Of a stretch of DNA of 64,000 bases, positions 1 through 13,199 are shown one piece after another. Both the position numbers and the translations under genes were made by a program. Every line of letters starts with the position of its first letter. The first letter of the stretch is position 1. The DNA comes from Mobula hypostoma. Its lineage: Eukaryota. The DNA is taken from the NCBI RefSeq assembly GCF_963921235.1, contig NC_086114.1, positions 33,356,001 to 33,420,000 of the forward strand. Reading direction: 5' to 3'. Below the pieces are notes generated by a model, which saw only the letters and a program-made list of their open reading frames with translations, did not search any database and had not been told where the DNA came from.

Positions 1-104
1 AGACTTTCTCCCCTGGAGATTTAAAGGGACCGCTCGTCTCTAAAGGCTCCATCTCACTGCGCGAGTTAAGGGGGACATCCTCTCCGGGAACCTCGCGCAC
101 CTGC

Positions 105-150
105 CTACCCATTGGCTGCCTTAAGGAAGTCCTTACCTCTGATTGGCTTG
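105..150 (+). promoter_or_regulatory. GDF10 proximal promoter: two inverted CCAAT boxes
   Basis: ATTGG at 111-115 and 142-146 (31 bp apart) in CpG-containing DNA about 420-450 bp upstream of the ATG. Confidence 0.5.
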
Positions 151-310
151 AGGATGAATTTCGTCACCGATATCTTAACCTAAAAAAGTTTTTTGGGGGG
201 AGAAAAGTTTCACATTTTCAGACGGCATCAAGAAGTATTGGGAGTTACAACCCCAGTGACAACGGGCGTCAAGAAGGAGATAAGAGGCTTCACCGAGAAC
301 CAGCAGGAAA

Positions 311-364
311 TTCTCTCTCTCTCTCTCTTTCTCACTCACTCTCTCGCTCTCTCTTTAACACAAA

Positions 365-404
<40 letters not shown>

Positions 405-420
405 ATCTGCGACTCCTCTC
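311..420 (+). repeat. interrupted (CT)n microsatellite in probable GDF10 5' UTR
   Basis: CT runs seen directly. Confidence 0.9.
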
Positions 421-566
421 AACTGACATCACAGAGCACCAGCAGTAACGTTGCAGCTTCAGTGCCCGATCCTGACCCCTTCATTCTCTCAGATACGGGA
501 GGCGGCGTGAAAAAAACAGCAGCAACATCGCCCGAGCCTGAGCTGGAAGGAGCTGTGATCAGCACC

Positions 567-837
567 ATGGCTTGTTTCTGGCCGGAGCACGGCTTCCTGT
601 TCCAGGTGCTCGCCTCTCTCGCCTTTGCCAGTGTCCGGGCTAGAGGTGAGGGCGCAGGAGATACTTCGCTCGGCGCCTCCAAGTTGCACCCGTCTCACCC
701 CAGTCACATCTCGGCGCTGGGACGAGCCAGCCAGGACATGGTGGCTGTGCATATGTTGAAACTGTATGACAAGTACAACCGTGAGGGCAACCGGCCGAGG
801 GATGGTAACACTGTCCGCAGCTTTAAAGCGACAGAGG
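567..837 (+). CDS. GDF10: growth differentiation factor 10 (BMP3b), coding exon 1 of 3
   Basis: Kozak accATGg at 567; signal peptide MACFWPEHGFLFQVLASLAFASVRA; motif DMVAVHMLKLYDKYN..GNTVRSF; donor G|GTAAGG, phase 1. Confidence 0.93.
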
Positions 838-2429
838 GTAAGGAGAAATTCATCAGTGACAGCCCGTGAACTCCAGCAGGGCTGAAACTGTCCCCTAATC
901 ATTGTGGTTGCTTTGGCTTATAGACGCGAGTATAGATTAAGAGTTTGGATTAACATGAGAGATGTCCACTGTACATAGTCAAGATAAAGGGCAATTCGAG
1001 CGTTAAGTGTTGTTGATGAAAGCGGTTGAAAGGATTCGGAGATCCCAGTGAACCAATAAAGTGCAGGTTAAGGTATCTCGATGTGAGTGCGTGTGTAGAT
1101 GCGAGCGTTAAATGTAGCTACTGGCACCCAGTGTGCAGGACCCAGCACAGCGCCATCTGCACGGCTCTGCAATGTCTCTCCCCCTTCTCACTGTGTTCCC
1201 TGGTTTCTCTGCACCTTACTGTCCCCCCAGAATCAATTTCAGTTTAAAATACCCCTAAAATTTCGCCGTACTTTTATCACGCGCTGCCTACCTTTGCTCA
1301 TTATTTCCTGGAGGGAAAATGGTCTCGCTGTGTTTTCCTTTAATAGTGGAAGAGTGAGAGTGGAGATGTGAGGAACTGTCACCCAATAGCCCAACGCCAG
1401 GGTCTGCCCATCTGGATCGAAATAAAACCATTTCCACTGTATGAAATCTTGCTCCATCTAATACTGGGGAAAATGCTCGGATCTGTTAGGTTTCTGCAAT
1501 TAGATCACAAGAAACTATCACTGCCCAATCGTTCGCCTGAGCTAGAATACAAAAGTTAATGCCCAGAGGTCTGAAAGACTCGTCAGCTAAAGCCGTGCCC
1601 TCACTAAGCTCGGAAACAATACTCCTTTCATTTAACGTATTGCAGCTCGCTTTACGAGTTCGCAGTCATTTAAATAGATTGCCCATAAAGTATTTTTTAT
1701 CTCAAATATTTTGTTAAGGACCCATAAAGCAGGAATGAAAGGTGCCAAGCAAGTAAAAACACAGGAGACATAGCAGATGAAATGTGAACAATTGTTTATT
1801 GAGTGACAATGTAAATGAATGTGTTCAGATACGTACAAATGCAGATAACAGCAAGATATTTGCACAGCGATTTCGATGCAATAAAAATCCCCAAAGCGAA
1901 AATAATGGACGTAGTGTTTGAAATTCTGACTTCAATTCATACGTGTTTTAGTGTATTTGGTTTAAATCATTCCATTCCTCTGGTGCTAATTCGGTAGTCT
2001 TGGAAACTACCGTACCGTGAAAAAAAATGTTCCTTGGAACCCACCCGATGTCAAAGTAAGGTCATATTCTAAAATGTATCTGAATTATACTCTCGCCTAG
2101 TTGAATATTGTCTGATACTCGCACGCTCATATTAATATTCACAAAATTGAACATCACGTTTAAATGCCTCGCCTTCTGTATGGTATATGAGATGGAAGGT
2201 TTACCCTGTAGAATCATTTTTTAGTTAAATGTCCTGCAGAATTACTTTCAGGTTCCTTTTCAGAGTGAATCACGCCCCGTTTTTCTTAAATTGTCATTTC
2301 TCCAAGTACATAGCGTTCGCGGTATTTTGTTTCCACAATTAGATGATCTTTAGTTATGAATTAAGAAAACGCATGCAGTGTCTCCAGATATTTTGTGTGC
2401 TAACGTGATTAACGGTTTTTTTTCCGCAG

Positions 2430-3328
2430 AGATCATCGATCATAAAATTCTCTACCATTTCAATCTGTCCTCCATCCAAGATTCCGAGTTGATTTTGGCG
2501 GCGACTTTTCACATTTTCACGCAGAAACGTTGGAGAAACAGGCCCGTATTTTGCAAACGCTCCAAAGACTCCCCGTGCCCCTTCCTCCATCCTTACAAGG
2601 CGCACCCGGTCCACTTGACCTTCAGAAGCCGATCCCCCACCTCACCTTTCGGGAAGTTACTTGGGAACCTGAGCGTCACGCCCCACCGCCGGGGTACTTG
2701 GTGCCTGAACGACATCACTCACATTGTAAAGGAAGCTAGAAGAGCAGACGGATTAATAGTCACCGCCCAAATGGACTCTGCAGACAAAATTCCCAACCCA
2801 ACCCCATCCAGCAATCTACCCTACATCTTGGTTTACGCCAACGATTTGGCCATTTCCGAGCCCAACAGTGTGGGGCTCACTTTGCAACGGTACGGGCCCT
2901 TCCCGCCCAGCGAGGAAGAGTCGACACAGTCTCCTAACGCCTCCCGGGACTCCCGAGTAAGAAGAGAAACCTACTTCTCCTCCCCCTCCCTCGAGAACAA
3001 CGAGCTCCCCGAGGTAGAGTACCACCATTATAATAAGCATCATCTCTGGGGCGAAACCTACCGGCCCCTCAAACCCAAGGTGCCTCGCAAGGAGAGGAGG
3101 AGGAAGGACCCCAATCACGGCAAGCAACTTGTCAGGTCGCAAGTCTTAAGCTTTGATGAGAAGACCATGCGGAAGGCGAGGAGACGGCAGTGGAACGAGC
3201 CGAGGACTTGTTCTCGGAGGTACCTGAAAGTAGATTTTGCTGATATTGGCTGGAGCGAATGGATTATATCCCCCAAGTCATTCGACGCCTTTTATTGCGC
3301 GGGGGCCTGTGTATTCCCCATGCCCAAG
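2430..3328 (+). CDS. GDF10: GDF10 coding exon 2 (prodomain, basic cleavage sites RVRR and RKARRR, start of mature domain)
   Basis: Acceptor tttttccgcag| matches phase 1; LPYILVYANDLAISEPNSV and CSRRYLKVDFADIGWSEWIISPKSFDAFYCAGACVFPMPK; donor AAG|GTAAGA. Confidence 0.95.
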
Positions 3329-4959
3329 GTAAGATAACTAGATCCCGGTTGAGTTATGTGCGAAATTTTCGGGGGGTTGCAGGCAGTCTGGTTCTAATTA
3401 ACTTCTGCTTAACCAGCCTGAGTTCTTCATAACCTCGAAAAGGTTAATTCAAGGGTCTCATCCACACAACCCTCACTGTTCTTTTCTTTAGGTCGTCATA
3501 ATGACCCAGTGATTTTACTGTGCCAAGTAACACAGAACGAGTGGATAACCTCCGTACACACATTTCTGCACTTTTAAAGTTATTTTGACATGTATTTAAG
3601 GTGAAATGCTAAGGAAATTACGTACTTCTTTAAAAGATCGCGCCATGCCTAATGAGATGCGGACTCCGAACAGTCTAAGAAAAACACTTAAGTCTTTATA
3701 TTATACTCTCAGCTCCCTTTTCTACCTTTGAGCTCCAATTTTAAGAAATATCTATGGAGACTTCCCACTGTAAATTATGGAGGAAAGTCCATGTATAATC
3801 TAAATTAACGTTTCATTACACGGAAACAGCTGAAAATACATTTTCCGCACTTTCATATTCGTTAGGGAATGCACTGAGGAGGAGTCGCTATTTGAGTGAA
3901 TCATTTAAAGGAAAACTATAATTTTCATTTTCTTCCATATACAGCCATGACGATGCACATGTAGGTCTGTGTACCAGTAATTCTAGGACAATATAATTTA
4001 ACAGCCTGTCTCTTGGTTAGTACAGGAATCTGCTGGGATTCTGTCACAAAGGTTAGGTAGATATGGTCCCTTTTTAGATGATTCAGTTTCCTGGATGGTT
4101 GATGTCAGAGTGTGCTCTCTCCAGGTAACAAAAGAGCTCATGCCAGCTCCATAAAGAGTATCCCTGAGATCAGAGGACTCTTTGGAGAATTAACTGGAAG
4201 ACAACAAGGGAGGTTGTACCACTGTCTATGGAGAATAATGCCCAGTAAGGCCCACCTCTCCACAGGATGCGCAGTGGGCTCCCTGGATCACTAAAGGCTA
4301 TTGAAGACATTGCGAAGAAAATCAGGAAGAATGTTTCCGATAAACTGTGTGTTTCAGAGTCCTCTTGAGGGTTGTTCGTTACTCAATATCGTGGGCAGAG
4401 TAGTACGATGGAACCAAGATGCCATTTGTAGTGAACTGTCACTATTTGGTCCCTGTACTGAAACAGAACAGCAAAGGAAGTCAAGGAAGTCCATGCCTGC
4501 TTTCCTCCTTTATCCACCACAGTACACATGTTGCATTAGAAGCCACCTTGTAATTATTACTTCTGCTACAACTTGATACAGGGATGTCCTGTGCTGTTCG
4601 GGTGTTCGAGAGAAGTCTGCCCCTAATTAATCCAAGTAAATGAATATTTCAGTGACTTCACACCATCGTAACATTTTGTTGGTGGGTCTTGGACGCTGCA
4701 AAGAAAAGGCAGCTGTAAATAATTAAGGAAAAGCAATTAGTAAATAATTGTACTCAGCATGGACAATGTGGCATGCTGATGAAAACTATAATTAACAACA
4801 CTTGTGCCAGGTTGAGAATATAAAACCCACTGTAGCAGGGCTCATTCTGAACATCGTGTAGAACATACATAATTAAGAGTGGGCCATACTGCAGTAGGGG
4901 TAATGCTAGTAACCTCCCACCACCTCGCACTATCCATTAATGGTGCATATATATGTAAA

Positions 4960-5345
4960 CAAGGATCAACTTTATTCACATACATTTGCATGTACTGTAT
5001 TAGGAATTTGCTGTGGTGTGTTGGTGGACATGCAACAAAAACAACAACATTCAACAATTATGAAGAATAAACAATGATATAAAAATAATGTTAGAGCTAG
5101 GGATATGGAATAAAATGTGCATAAATACATAAATAGCAGCATGTAATGTACTTACAATGTAAACAGCATTATAAAAATTGTTTTAAAGGGTTTGCAGTGC
5201 AGTGATTGAGGTAATAGATAGAGGGGTGGGAGGGGAGCTGACGAGAATCAGATTAACTGACTGGGGTAAGGAACTTTTAAGATGATGTGAAGTTTTTGTT
5301 TTAATCGTCCGACTGCATTTTCTAGAAGGGAGCTTTTGGAAAAGG
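4960..5345 (-). mobile_element. Rex1/Babar-type LINE 3' fragment
   Basis: Degraded tail resembling the other Rex1-type 3' ends in the window; boundaries approximate. Confidence 0.45.
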
Positions 5346-5494
5346 CAGTGAGAAGTGTAATTTGTGCATGCTTGACAGCCCCTCCAGAAGCAGTCAAATT
5401 TACATTTGTGTATGTGGTCCTTCTTACAAGAGTAGGTGAGACAAGAACCAAGCTTGAATTTGTCTTATACCATTTACAGTAGTATTTAAGCTAC

Positions 5495-5610
5495 CCTGGG
5501 AGAAGGCAAGAGAATGGGGTTGAGAGGGAAAATAAATCGGGCATGATTAAATGGTGGAGCAGACGTAATTGGCTGAATAGCCTAATTCTGTTCATATGTC
5601 AATGTTATGG
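5495..5610 (+). mobile_element. CR1 LINE 3' tail
   Basis: gagaatggggttgag...ggctgaatagcctaattctg, shared with 57025-57325. Confidence 0.65.
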
Positions 5611-5862
5611 TTAAAGGCATATAATATTTATGAACTCTTATTTAGTGACAATTGGGAATATGGTACAAAAAACAGAGAACAGTAATAATGTCTGTCATTA
5701 GAAAGTACAATAACTTATTCAGTGTTTGCAGAAATACTCTTTACAAGAAACCTCCAGGTTCTTAAGGTGATTTAACACCTTACCTGTGATGAAGCTTTGG
5801 TGTTATACAAACTCCCAACACGAAGGCTGAAAAGCTCTTAGTGAGAAAGTTCTTTCTAAGGA

Positions 5863-6085
5863 GGAAACCTGCCATCCTTGCCCAAATTGGTCTAACAGTA
5901 ACTATGGCCTCAGAACAATAAGGGTGGCTCGTAACAACCCTCTATTGTGACCAGGCAAGCAACTTCTCAAACCACTCCAAATAAACAGAGATTTAAGAAG
6001 GCAGTTGGTTCACTACCAACTTCTTAACACAACAGGGGATAAGCAATGAACACCTACATTACCAGTGGAGCTACGTCCAAAGGGA
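5863..6085 (+). mobile_element. degraded DeuSINE-like element in GDF10 intron 2
   Basis: gaaacctgccatccttgcc..ggtct..aaccctct resembles the Deu domain and tail (recalled). Confidence 0.5.
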
Positions 6086-6099
6086 CAATTTTCTACAAA

Positions 6100-6292
6100 T
6101 ATCAGAATCAGGTTTATTATCACCGGCATGTGACATGAAATTTGTTAACTTAGCAGCAGCAGTTCAATGCAATACATAATCTAGCAGAGAGAGAAAAAAT
6201 AATAATGATAAATAAACAAGTAAATCAACTATGTATATTGAATAGATTAAAATAGGTCAAGAAGCTATTCCTGAATCGCTGAGAGTGTGACT
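6100..6292 (-). mobile_element. Rex1/Babar LINE 3' end, same family as 43239-44131
   Basis: Reverse complement matches the 43840-44130 tail ending ataaacctgattctga. Confidence 0.8.
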
Positions 6293-7525
6293 TAAGTATT
6301 TGCAAGCAAAGTTTAGCAGCCAGCAAAATGCAGAGGAATAGCACCATAGGTATTATAAAAATAATAGACAAAGGATTTAATTTAAGGCCTGATGAAAGAG
6401 TCGAAGGATGTAGTCTTCTTGCTGCAGACAAAACTCTTTTATTTTGCGAAGCTGCAAATTAAATATTGAGGCCGCCCATTGCCTTGATTGGACACGGTTG
6501 TCTACATTGTTTCATGGGAATGAACACAGATGCATAACAAACACAGAATTACAAAGGAAGAATAAGGCTAGTCAATGTATATATCAATCAAATTATATAA
6601 AATAAAACTCACATAATAATGTAAAAGTATTTTCATCATCCATAATTGCTTCAGTGGAAATGTGAAAATGCATTGTCTTAAAAACTGCCCTCGTTAAAGA
6701 ATGCAAGGATCTTAGTCATTTTGTGACAAACATATTCTTTCTTTTTTATTCAGATGTAAATATGCATAAGGCATATTTAGTTCCTGAGAACATTAAATGT
6801 TTTAGTACTTGAGGTTTCTTTTTTCTTTCAAAATGTTTTACAGGTATATCAGAAAACAAAATTAGCATTGTCCTTCCCTCAGCATGACTATAATAGGGTA
6901 AAATATAATTTCATACAAAATATTCCATAATTTCTGAAAGCAATAATTGCCCTCAATAAGAATATAATTTATTTTTACACCTGTCCATTGCTGGTTAGCT
7001 GTTGATGTACCTTCCTTCTGTCATCATTGTGATGTAATGATGTACATTAATTTATTAATGCCTTCTTTAACCAAAAGACCTAATCTAGTTTTAATAACTA
7101 AACAGTGCAGGGAACAAAGATTATGAGTTATAGGCTTTCATGAGTGAAATTTGTAAATTGAATACCTCAGTCACATTGCCCAGAACTGATTTCTGGAAAA
7201 ATTCTAAAATAAACTTTAGTATTAGTCATTTTATTTTATGTCTGTACAATAACTCAGATTTAAATGGTTAAATGTGTGGTTTCAGTAACTCTTAGGAGGC
7301 ACATCCCAGTTATAACTGTTTATTGAACATACTGGGATGCATAGAATTAGTCAAAATGCAATATTCTGAACATTTCTGTCTAGCACTGATTAATAAGATT
7401 AATTCTATCTGGGCAGTCTGTTGCAAAAGAGGATTATGAATGTGAATCCACAAACTTGAAACATAAATCAGTCTAGCTACTATGAACGGGGACTTTGAGT
7501 AATTGATGAATTTATTTTGTCACAG

Positions 7526-7717
7526 GTGGTTCGCCCGTCCAATCATGCAACGATCCAGAGCATTGTCAAGGCTGTTGGGATTATCCCTGGAATTCCGGAG
7601 CCCTGCTGTGTACCCGACAAAATGAACGCTTTGAGCGTTCTCTTCTTTGATGAGAACAAAAATGTGGTGTTAAAGGTGTACCCTAATATGTCAGTGGAGA
7701 CCTGTGCCTGCAGATAG
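7526..7717 (+). CDS. GDF10: GDF10 coding exon 3 (cystine-knot C terminus)
   Basis: Acceptor ttttgtcacag|, phase 0; [34 protein letters not shown]...[12 protein letters not shown]; VRPSN, GIIPG and PDKMN are GDF10-type rather than BMP3-type. Confidence 0.96.
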   Translation: MVRPSNHATIQSIVKAVGIIPGIPEPCCVPDKMNALSVLFFDENKNVVLKVYPNMSVETCACR

Positions 7718-7776
7718 AAGCACAAAGATATAGAACATGAACTGCTAAATACAGCATGCTGTATTGCTACATCATG

Positions 7777-9508
7777 AATAAAAGCTGCATTGTGTCTCTT
7801 TCAAATTAAGAACTTGATACCAGTTCTGTCCCCTTTCCGCCTGCAAAGATCAACATGCTGTTTTATGGTGTTGAGTAGCGAAGTGTATTTGGGGTTAACA
7901 CCAAATGTCAATATGTATAGAACACAGAAAACCCATGTATTCTGTTTACAGCACACAAATGCATCTATCATCAGATAAAGCAGTATTTGCTATTCCACAA
8001 TATTCCTTTAATCTGAAAGTAACAGGACAGATTGAGGTACCTAAGATCTTTTGTGCTCTTATATGTAAATTAATAATAATACCAGCAATGGCAGTCTATT
8101 TAAGTGTAGATTATACTATATTCCTGATCTTGGTGTGTTGTGTGTCAGTTCAAATCTTTATTCGTCTTTTCACTTATTTAATATTTGTATTCCTGGTAGC
8201 AAAAAAATGTTTGTGCTTTTTTTTTAAAGAGAGAAAGCAGTTAAATAATTGTAGGGCAGCTGCCAGAAGCATGTTGCTTTTTAATCTTAAATCCCAGCAA
8301 TTAAAGCATTGACATAATTTTTTGAAAAGAGAAAGGCTATTGATTTTATGATAATCAAAAAATGTGATTAGCTGCCAACTTTTTGTAAATTGTAAAGAGA
8401 ACCTTAATTGCAAAATAGATCTTTTTAAATTAACCTATATCTGATATATTACAGGCAATGTAAAATTAATTAAGCCCTGAAATATGTTACTAATTTTAAT
8501 ATCCACAAAATAAAAACTAATGAAACATTTGAGGGAAAATGCTGAAAATTTATTTAGACAATCTTCTATGAAGGTATTAAATTTTATACATTTTGTCTGG
8601 ATTTGTTAACATTCTAACTTCAATGACAAATACAAAAATGCTTTCTGGCCATATGTGATATTCAAAGGTAAAATATTCACAAATGTGTTTTCAGTAATGC
8701 ATAAGTATGTGCCCAGTGCCCAGAGCTTGCATTTAATAATCTGCAGTGTATGTTCAAAGTACTTGAGAAATTAAAGGTGAAATTGATATGAAATTGCATT
8801 TTGTCAGGATGTTATTCAACAAAGCTATTCAGTATCCTGAAAATGTTGCTCCTATTAAAATCTATTTTTACTTCTAGGTATTACGTTTACCCTCAATTCT
8901 AAGATAATGTGCAGTTGGCTAGTTTTCAGGTTCTACAAATGTCTCTCTTCTGCTTAACTACAAGCATGGTTTAAGGTCAACCTGGACCATGCTTTCCTTT
9001 TAGCTACCCCTTTTATTTGGCTATGAGAGATGACTGATGGATACACCGTGGGAAGTGAGAGCTGCACAGTCTTATGCGATTTTGCTGCGTATCTTTAAAA
9101 TGTATGTATTATGGTCATTGTAGCCTTGGTGGAAATACAGCATTTTTTTAGTGTTCATGATTTGCTTGCAGGCAGTCAAAATAGCTGTATTACTTCTGTC
9201 CCCTTTCCACCTGAAACCTTTAGTGCAGTTAAAGCTGCACAACAGTCCCTGAGAATGAGCAGATCTAACATTACTATTGGAAAGTCAGCAGCTATTATAC
9301 AAGAGATTTTGGTGAGAATTTATTATTAAGTTTTTTATTTGGTGCTGTTACGCCATGGCAAGTGTAATGACTTCAGTACATTTGAAACATATCCCTCAAG
9401 GAGCTTCTCTGATTATTTGCCTTTGCTTGGCACATGATTTATTTTATGCATTGCTTAAGAAAACCAGAGCAATTCTGGCATTATGTTTCTTACTAATTCT
9501 GCAATAAA
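7777..9508 (+). terminator. candidate GDF10 poly(A) signals at 7777-7782, 8509-8514 and 9503-9508
   Basis: AATAAA hexamers in an AT-rich tract with no recognisable repeats; the last is followed by a T-rich run near 9541. Confidence 0.45.
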
Positions 9509-10365
9509 TTTACTGAGAGTTCTATTTATATAAAGCCCTCTTGTTTTTTTATTATTTAAACTTGGACTTCATTTAATTGATCTTTTTTGGAATCTACACT
9601 CATGCTAATCTTAGAATCAAACGTACGCAGTTGAAGCCGGCACTTTCTAAGGCCGGTCATGCTGTAGTTCCTACAACTGCTACAAATTAGCTTCGGCTCT
9701 GGAATTTCATAGCTTAGAGTAGAAACTCCAATCCCTTTAACTCCTAATGTTGGAACTTTTGTCAGGAATCCAAGCTGTATCTTAAGCCACAGTGTGGCGC
9801 AGAATGGGTCAGTCTGACTCTCTACTGTCTACCTGTAGGCACCAATCACAACCTGTCCCAACTAAACAGCAACGCCGTTTCACTGTGTCAAGCCTGCAAA
9901 CTTTCCTGTTTTACGTGTAGTTGGTAATTTCTAAAGGCTAAAAAGTTACACAAAATTAAATTTGAAAATTTTGCAAAGTGAGGAGGGAAGACCCGGGCAA
10001 CCTACGGAAAAATGTTCTGATCACCCTAAACTTCATAACTGGATTTCAAACTATTTTGTTCAAAACTTGCAGGTTTATGACTAGCATTAGGATAGCTCAA
10101 ATGTATTCTGTCTAAAGCCAGTCTTGCCTTTGGCATTAAATATATATTTTTTATTTTATTCCCTAATTCGGCTTCACTTCATCATGAGAGGCAGAGTCAG
10201 CAACCATATCAGCACCTACTGCCTGACACTAACTGCCCATTCAGGTTCTGTCCGGTGTTATGGAAACTGGATTTCAAGTGGAGCTTTCTAATCTACAGTG
10301 GCTGGAACACCAAGAACATTCTTTACCTTACAGTGAATCATTGCCAAACCCTCTTGCAACACCAC

Positions 10366-10732
10366 CCCCCCCCACAGAGAAGGGGGAGGACACCAGAATA
10401 AAAAAGTGGGGAAGGGGAAGGAGGATAGCTAGAAAGTGATTGGTTAAACCAACTGGGTTGGAAAGATGAAGGGATTCTGATAGGAGAGTAGAGTGGATCA
10501 TAGGAGAAAGGGAAAGAGGACGGGGATGCAGGAGGAGGTGATAAGCAGGTGAGAAGAGTTAAGAGGACAGAGTGGGGAATAGAAGAAGTGGAGAGCAGGA
10601 ATAGAAGAAGAAGGGAGGGGAAGGAATTTTGCTTACCGGAAGGAAAAATCAATACTTATGTCATCAGGTTGGAGACTACCCAAACAGAATATGAGGCGTT
10701 GCTTCTCCACCCTGAGGGTGGCCTCATCTCCT
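10366..10732 (-). mobile_element. Penelope-like element 3' fragment
   Basis: Reverse complement matches 36280-36590 (gatgaggccaccctcagggtggagaagcaacgcc). Confidence 0.75.
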
Positions 10733-10944
10733 TTTAACCCATTTCCTTACCCGCTCAAAGCCCCACACCTCCACCTTTCTTTGGCGCAATGACTCCCAAG
10801 AACGTTTGAATGCCCTCATTACTTGTTCCTCTGCTTTGGAGACTTCCATTGCCCCTACTTCATTGATTCATTCTTTTGCTCTATTTCCTCTTTGCTATTC
10901 CACTCCTTTTATTGCAGCCAGAGCCACCTTGCCCAATATTCAAA

Positions 10945-11425
10945 TTTGAAACTAAATTTATTATCAAGATTCATTTATGTTAGCATATGCTAATTTGAGA
11001 TTTATTGCTGGCATTTAAAGGAAAAAAAGAAACACAATAAAATTTTACGAAAAACTAAACATAAAAAAGACTGATAAAGCTAAAGAAGACAAACTGTGCA
11101 AATGAAAAACAACTCCAAGAACATGAGTTATAAAGAGTCCTTGAAAGTGAGTCTGTAGGTTGTAGAATCAGTTCAGAGTAGTGGGGAATGAAGTTATCCA
11201 CCTTGGTAGAGCTTGACATTTGTAAGGTAATAACTGTCCCTGTATATGGTGGCGTGTGACATAAGGATATTTTACCGTCTGCCCAGTGGACGTAGCGAGA
11301 AGAAGACATGGCCTGGATGGTGGGGGTATTTGATGATGGATGCTGCTTTCTTGCAGCAGCGCTCCATGTAACTGTTGTCAACGGTGGGGAGTGCTTTGCC
11401 TGTGAGGCACTGAACCATATCCACC
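10945..11425 (-). mobile_element. Rex1/Babar-type LINE 3' fragment
   Basis: Tail and body similar to 19310-19920. Confidence 0.6.
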
Positions 11426-11454
11426 TCAGAATAAGGTAAGAATTTGGAAGGGAT

Positions 11455-11652
11455 ATTAGACCATAAGACATTTAAGCAGAATCAAGTCTGCTCCGCCATT
11501 CCATCATGACTGATTCATTATCCCTCTCAACCCCATTCTCTTGGCTCCTCCCTGTAACCTTTGACACCCCTACTAACCAAGAATCTATCAACCTCTGCTT
11601 TAAATATACACAATGACTTGACCTCAGCAGCCATCTGTGGCAATGAATTCCC
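11455..11652 (-). mobile_element. CR1 LINE 3' fragment
   Basis: Minus-strand translation VKSLCIFKAEVDRFLVSRGVKGY plus CR1 tail. Confidence 0.8.
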
Positions 11653-12324
11653 TTTAAATTGTGGCAATATTCTCCCTTTAAAATCCTTACCTCCAATTCT
11701 CTGCTGTCTTGCAGTTGCAAAGGGTTTATTACTTAATTCCTTTATTTTTTTACGGTACTTCTTCAATCCTCGTGTTCCTCAATTTCCACAATGTTCAAGT
11801 TCAAGTTTAATTGTCATTCAACCATACATGAACTCCCATGAATACAGCCAAACAACAGCGTTCATCCAGGGTCAAGGGGCAAAACAGAGTACCAATAGTC
11901 ATACACAGCACATGGCACATATAAGATAGCAAGTGCATAATTTACAACTTTGCCCCATGTTTCCATTGTCAACAGCGTAACTTAGTGGAACTTTCCATTT
12001 CCTCCACCCATACTATGTGATTTGGCTATGATAATTCCACAGTCTTTCACGGAATACTCTGGCAAGACAAGGTCAATAACAAATATGGAATAAAAAGACT
12101 CACCTTGGAGGAAAGATAGGAGAGTTGAAGAGGTTTCAAGAAGCAATTCCAGAATCTGGGTCTTGGTCACTGAAGGGTCAGCTGTAAAGTACGGGGTAGA
12201 TGAAATAGGGAAGATCAAGAGGCCAAACAAGATCCAACATCATGAAGGGGTGCAGAGCCAGAGGAGATTTCAAAGTCAGTAAAGCTATTGAAGGATTTGA
12301 AAACATGAGCCACAAGCCGAGTGA

Positions 12325-12660
12325 CAAGATGGCACAGCCACTAGAGATGCTGTCTCACAGCATCAGTGAACTGAGTTCATTCATGACCTTGGTTGTTATC
12401 TACATGGAGTTTGCATGTTCTCCCTGTGACCATGTAGGTATACCTCAGGTATCCTACTTTCTTCTCACATCCCAAAGACGTGTGTGTTGGTACATTAATT
12501 GGCCACTGCAAGTTGTGTCTGGTATATAGGTGAGTGGGAATCCTAGGGGGCAGTTAATGGAAATGTGGGGAGGATATAGAGAATATAATGGGTGAAATGA
12601 AGTTGTTCTGTGAGCCAGCATTGACTCATGGGCTAAAGTTATCTTCCTCTATTTTGTAAA
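12325..12660 (+). mobile_element. tRNA-derived V-SINE (HE1-like)
   Basis: V-domain ggagtttgcatgttctccctgtg..tcccaaagac and CR1-type tail. Confidence 0.7.
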
Positions 12661-13199
12661 GAAACAAAATATCATATCAAAGAAGGCACATCATAAAAGT
12701 GGTAATTTCAAGTTTTCTTCTTGTAACTAAAAGCTCATAACAAGTCAAAACATCAGAAGCCATTTACACAATTTCAAAAAGGAACAAGATATGCTCTGTT
12801 TTCATTTCTGAGATAGCTACAGTTTGGAAGCCAACACACTGTATTGAAATTGTTGGTTTCAAACAAGTTCTGTCTTCCCTTCGCAAGTGTTAGACCATAC
12901 CGGCACTACCTGTTTACCTGTTCATTAAGCTTCAGCTTCAGAAAGCAGGGACTTACCAAAATGTTATGATGACCACCTCTGATTAGTTCAAATTAATCAA
13001 ATCATATCAACTAGAATATGCAAAGTATCACTAAAATACCCAGGTAACACATCACGCACCTTCTCTCTGATTAATCAGCTCCCATTAGCCCTGCTTTTAA
13101 CGTATGTTACATCAGTTTCTCCCAGTGAAGGCATTCCAGGTCCCAGCATGTGACAGATTACCTCAGTTCTTAAACACATGTTTAGCACAATTGCTCAGT

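Noticed and set aside
462-566. N-terminal extensions in the ORF track (462, 2378, 7517, 31597, 32698)
   Set aside because: They use non-ATG starts or run through intron or UTR; splice sites and signal peptides define the real boundaries
557-577. REST/RE1 site over the GDF10 start codon (TCAGCACCATGG)
   Set aside because: Only the left half matches, the GGACAG half is absent, and the overlap is explained by the Kozak context
567-7717. Calling the first gene BMP3
   Set aside because: Mature-domain residues (VRPSN, GIIPG, PDKMN, NMSV) and linkage to RBP3 favour GDF10
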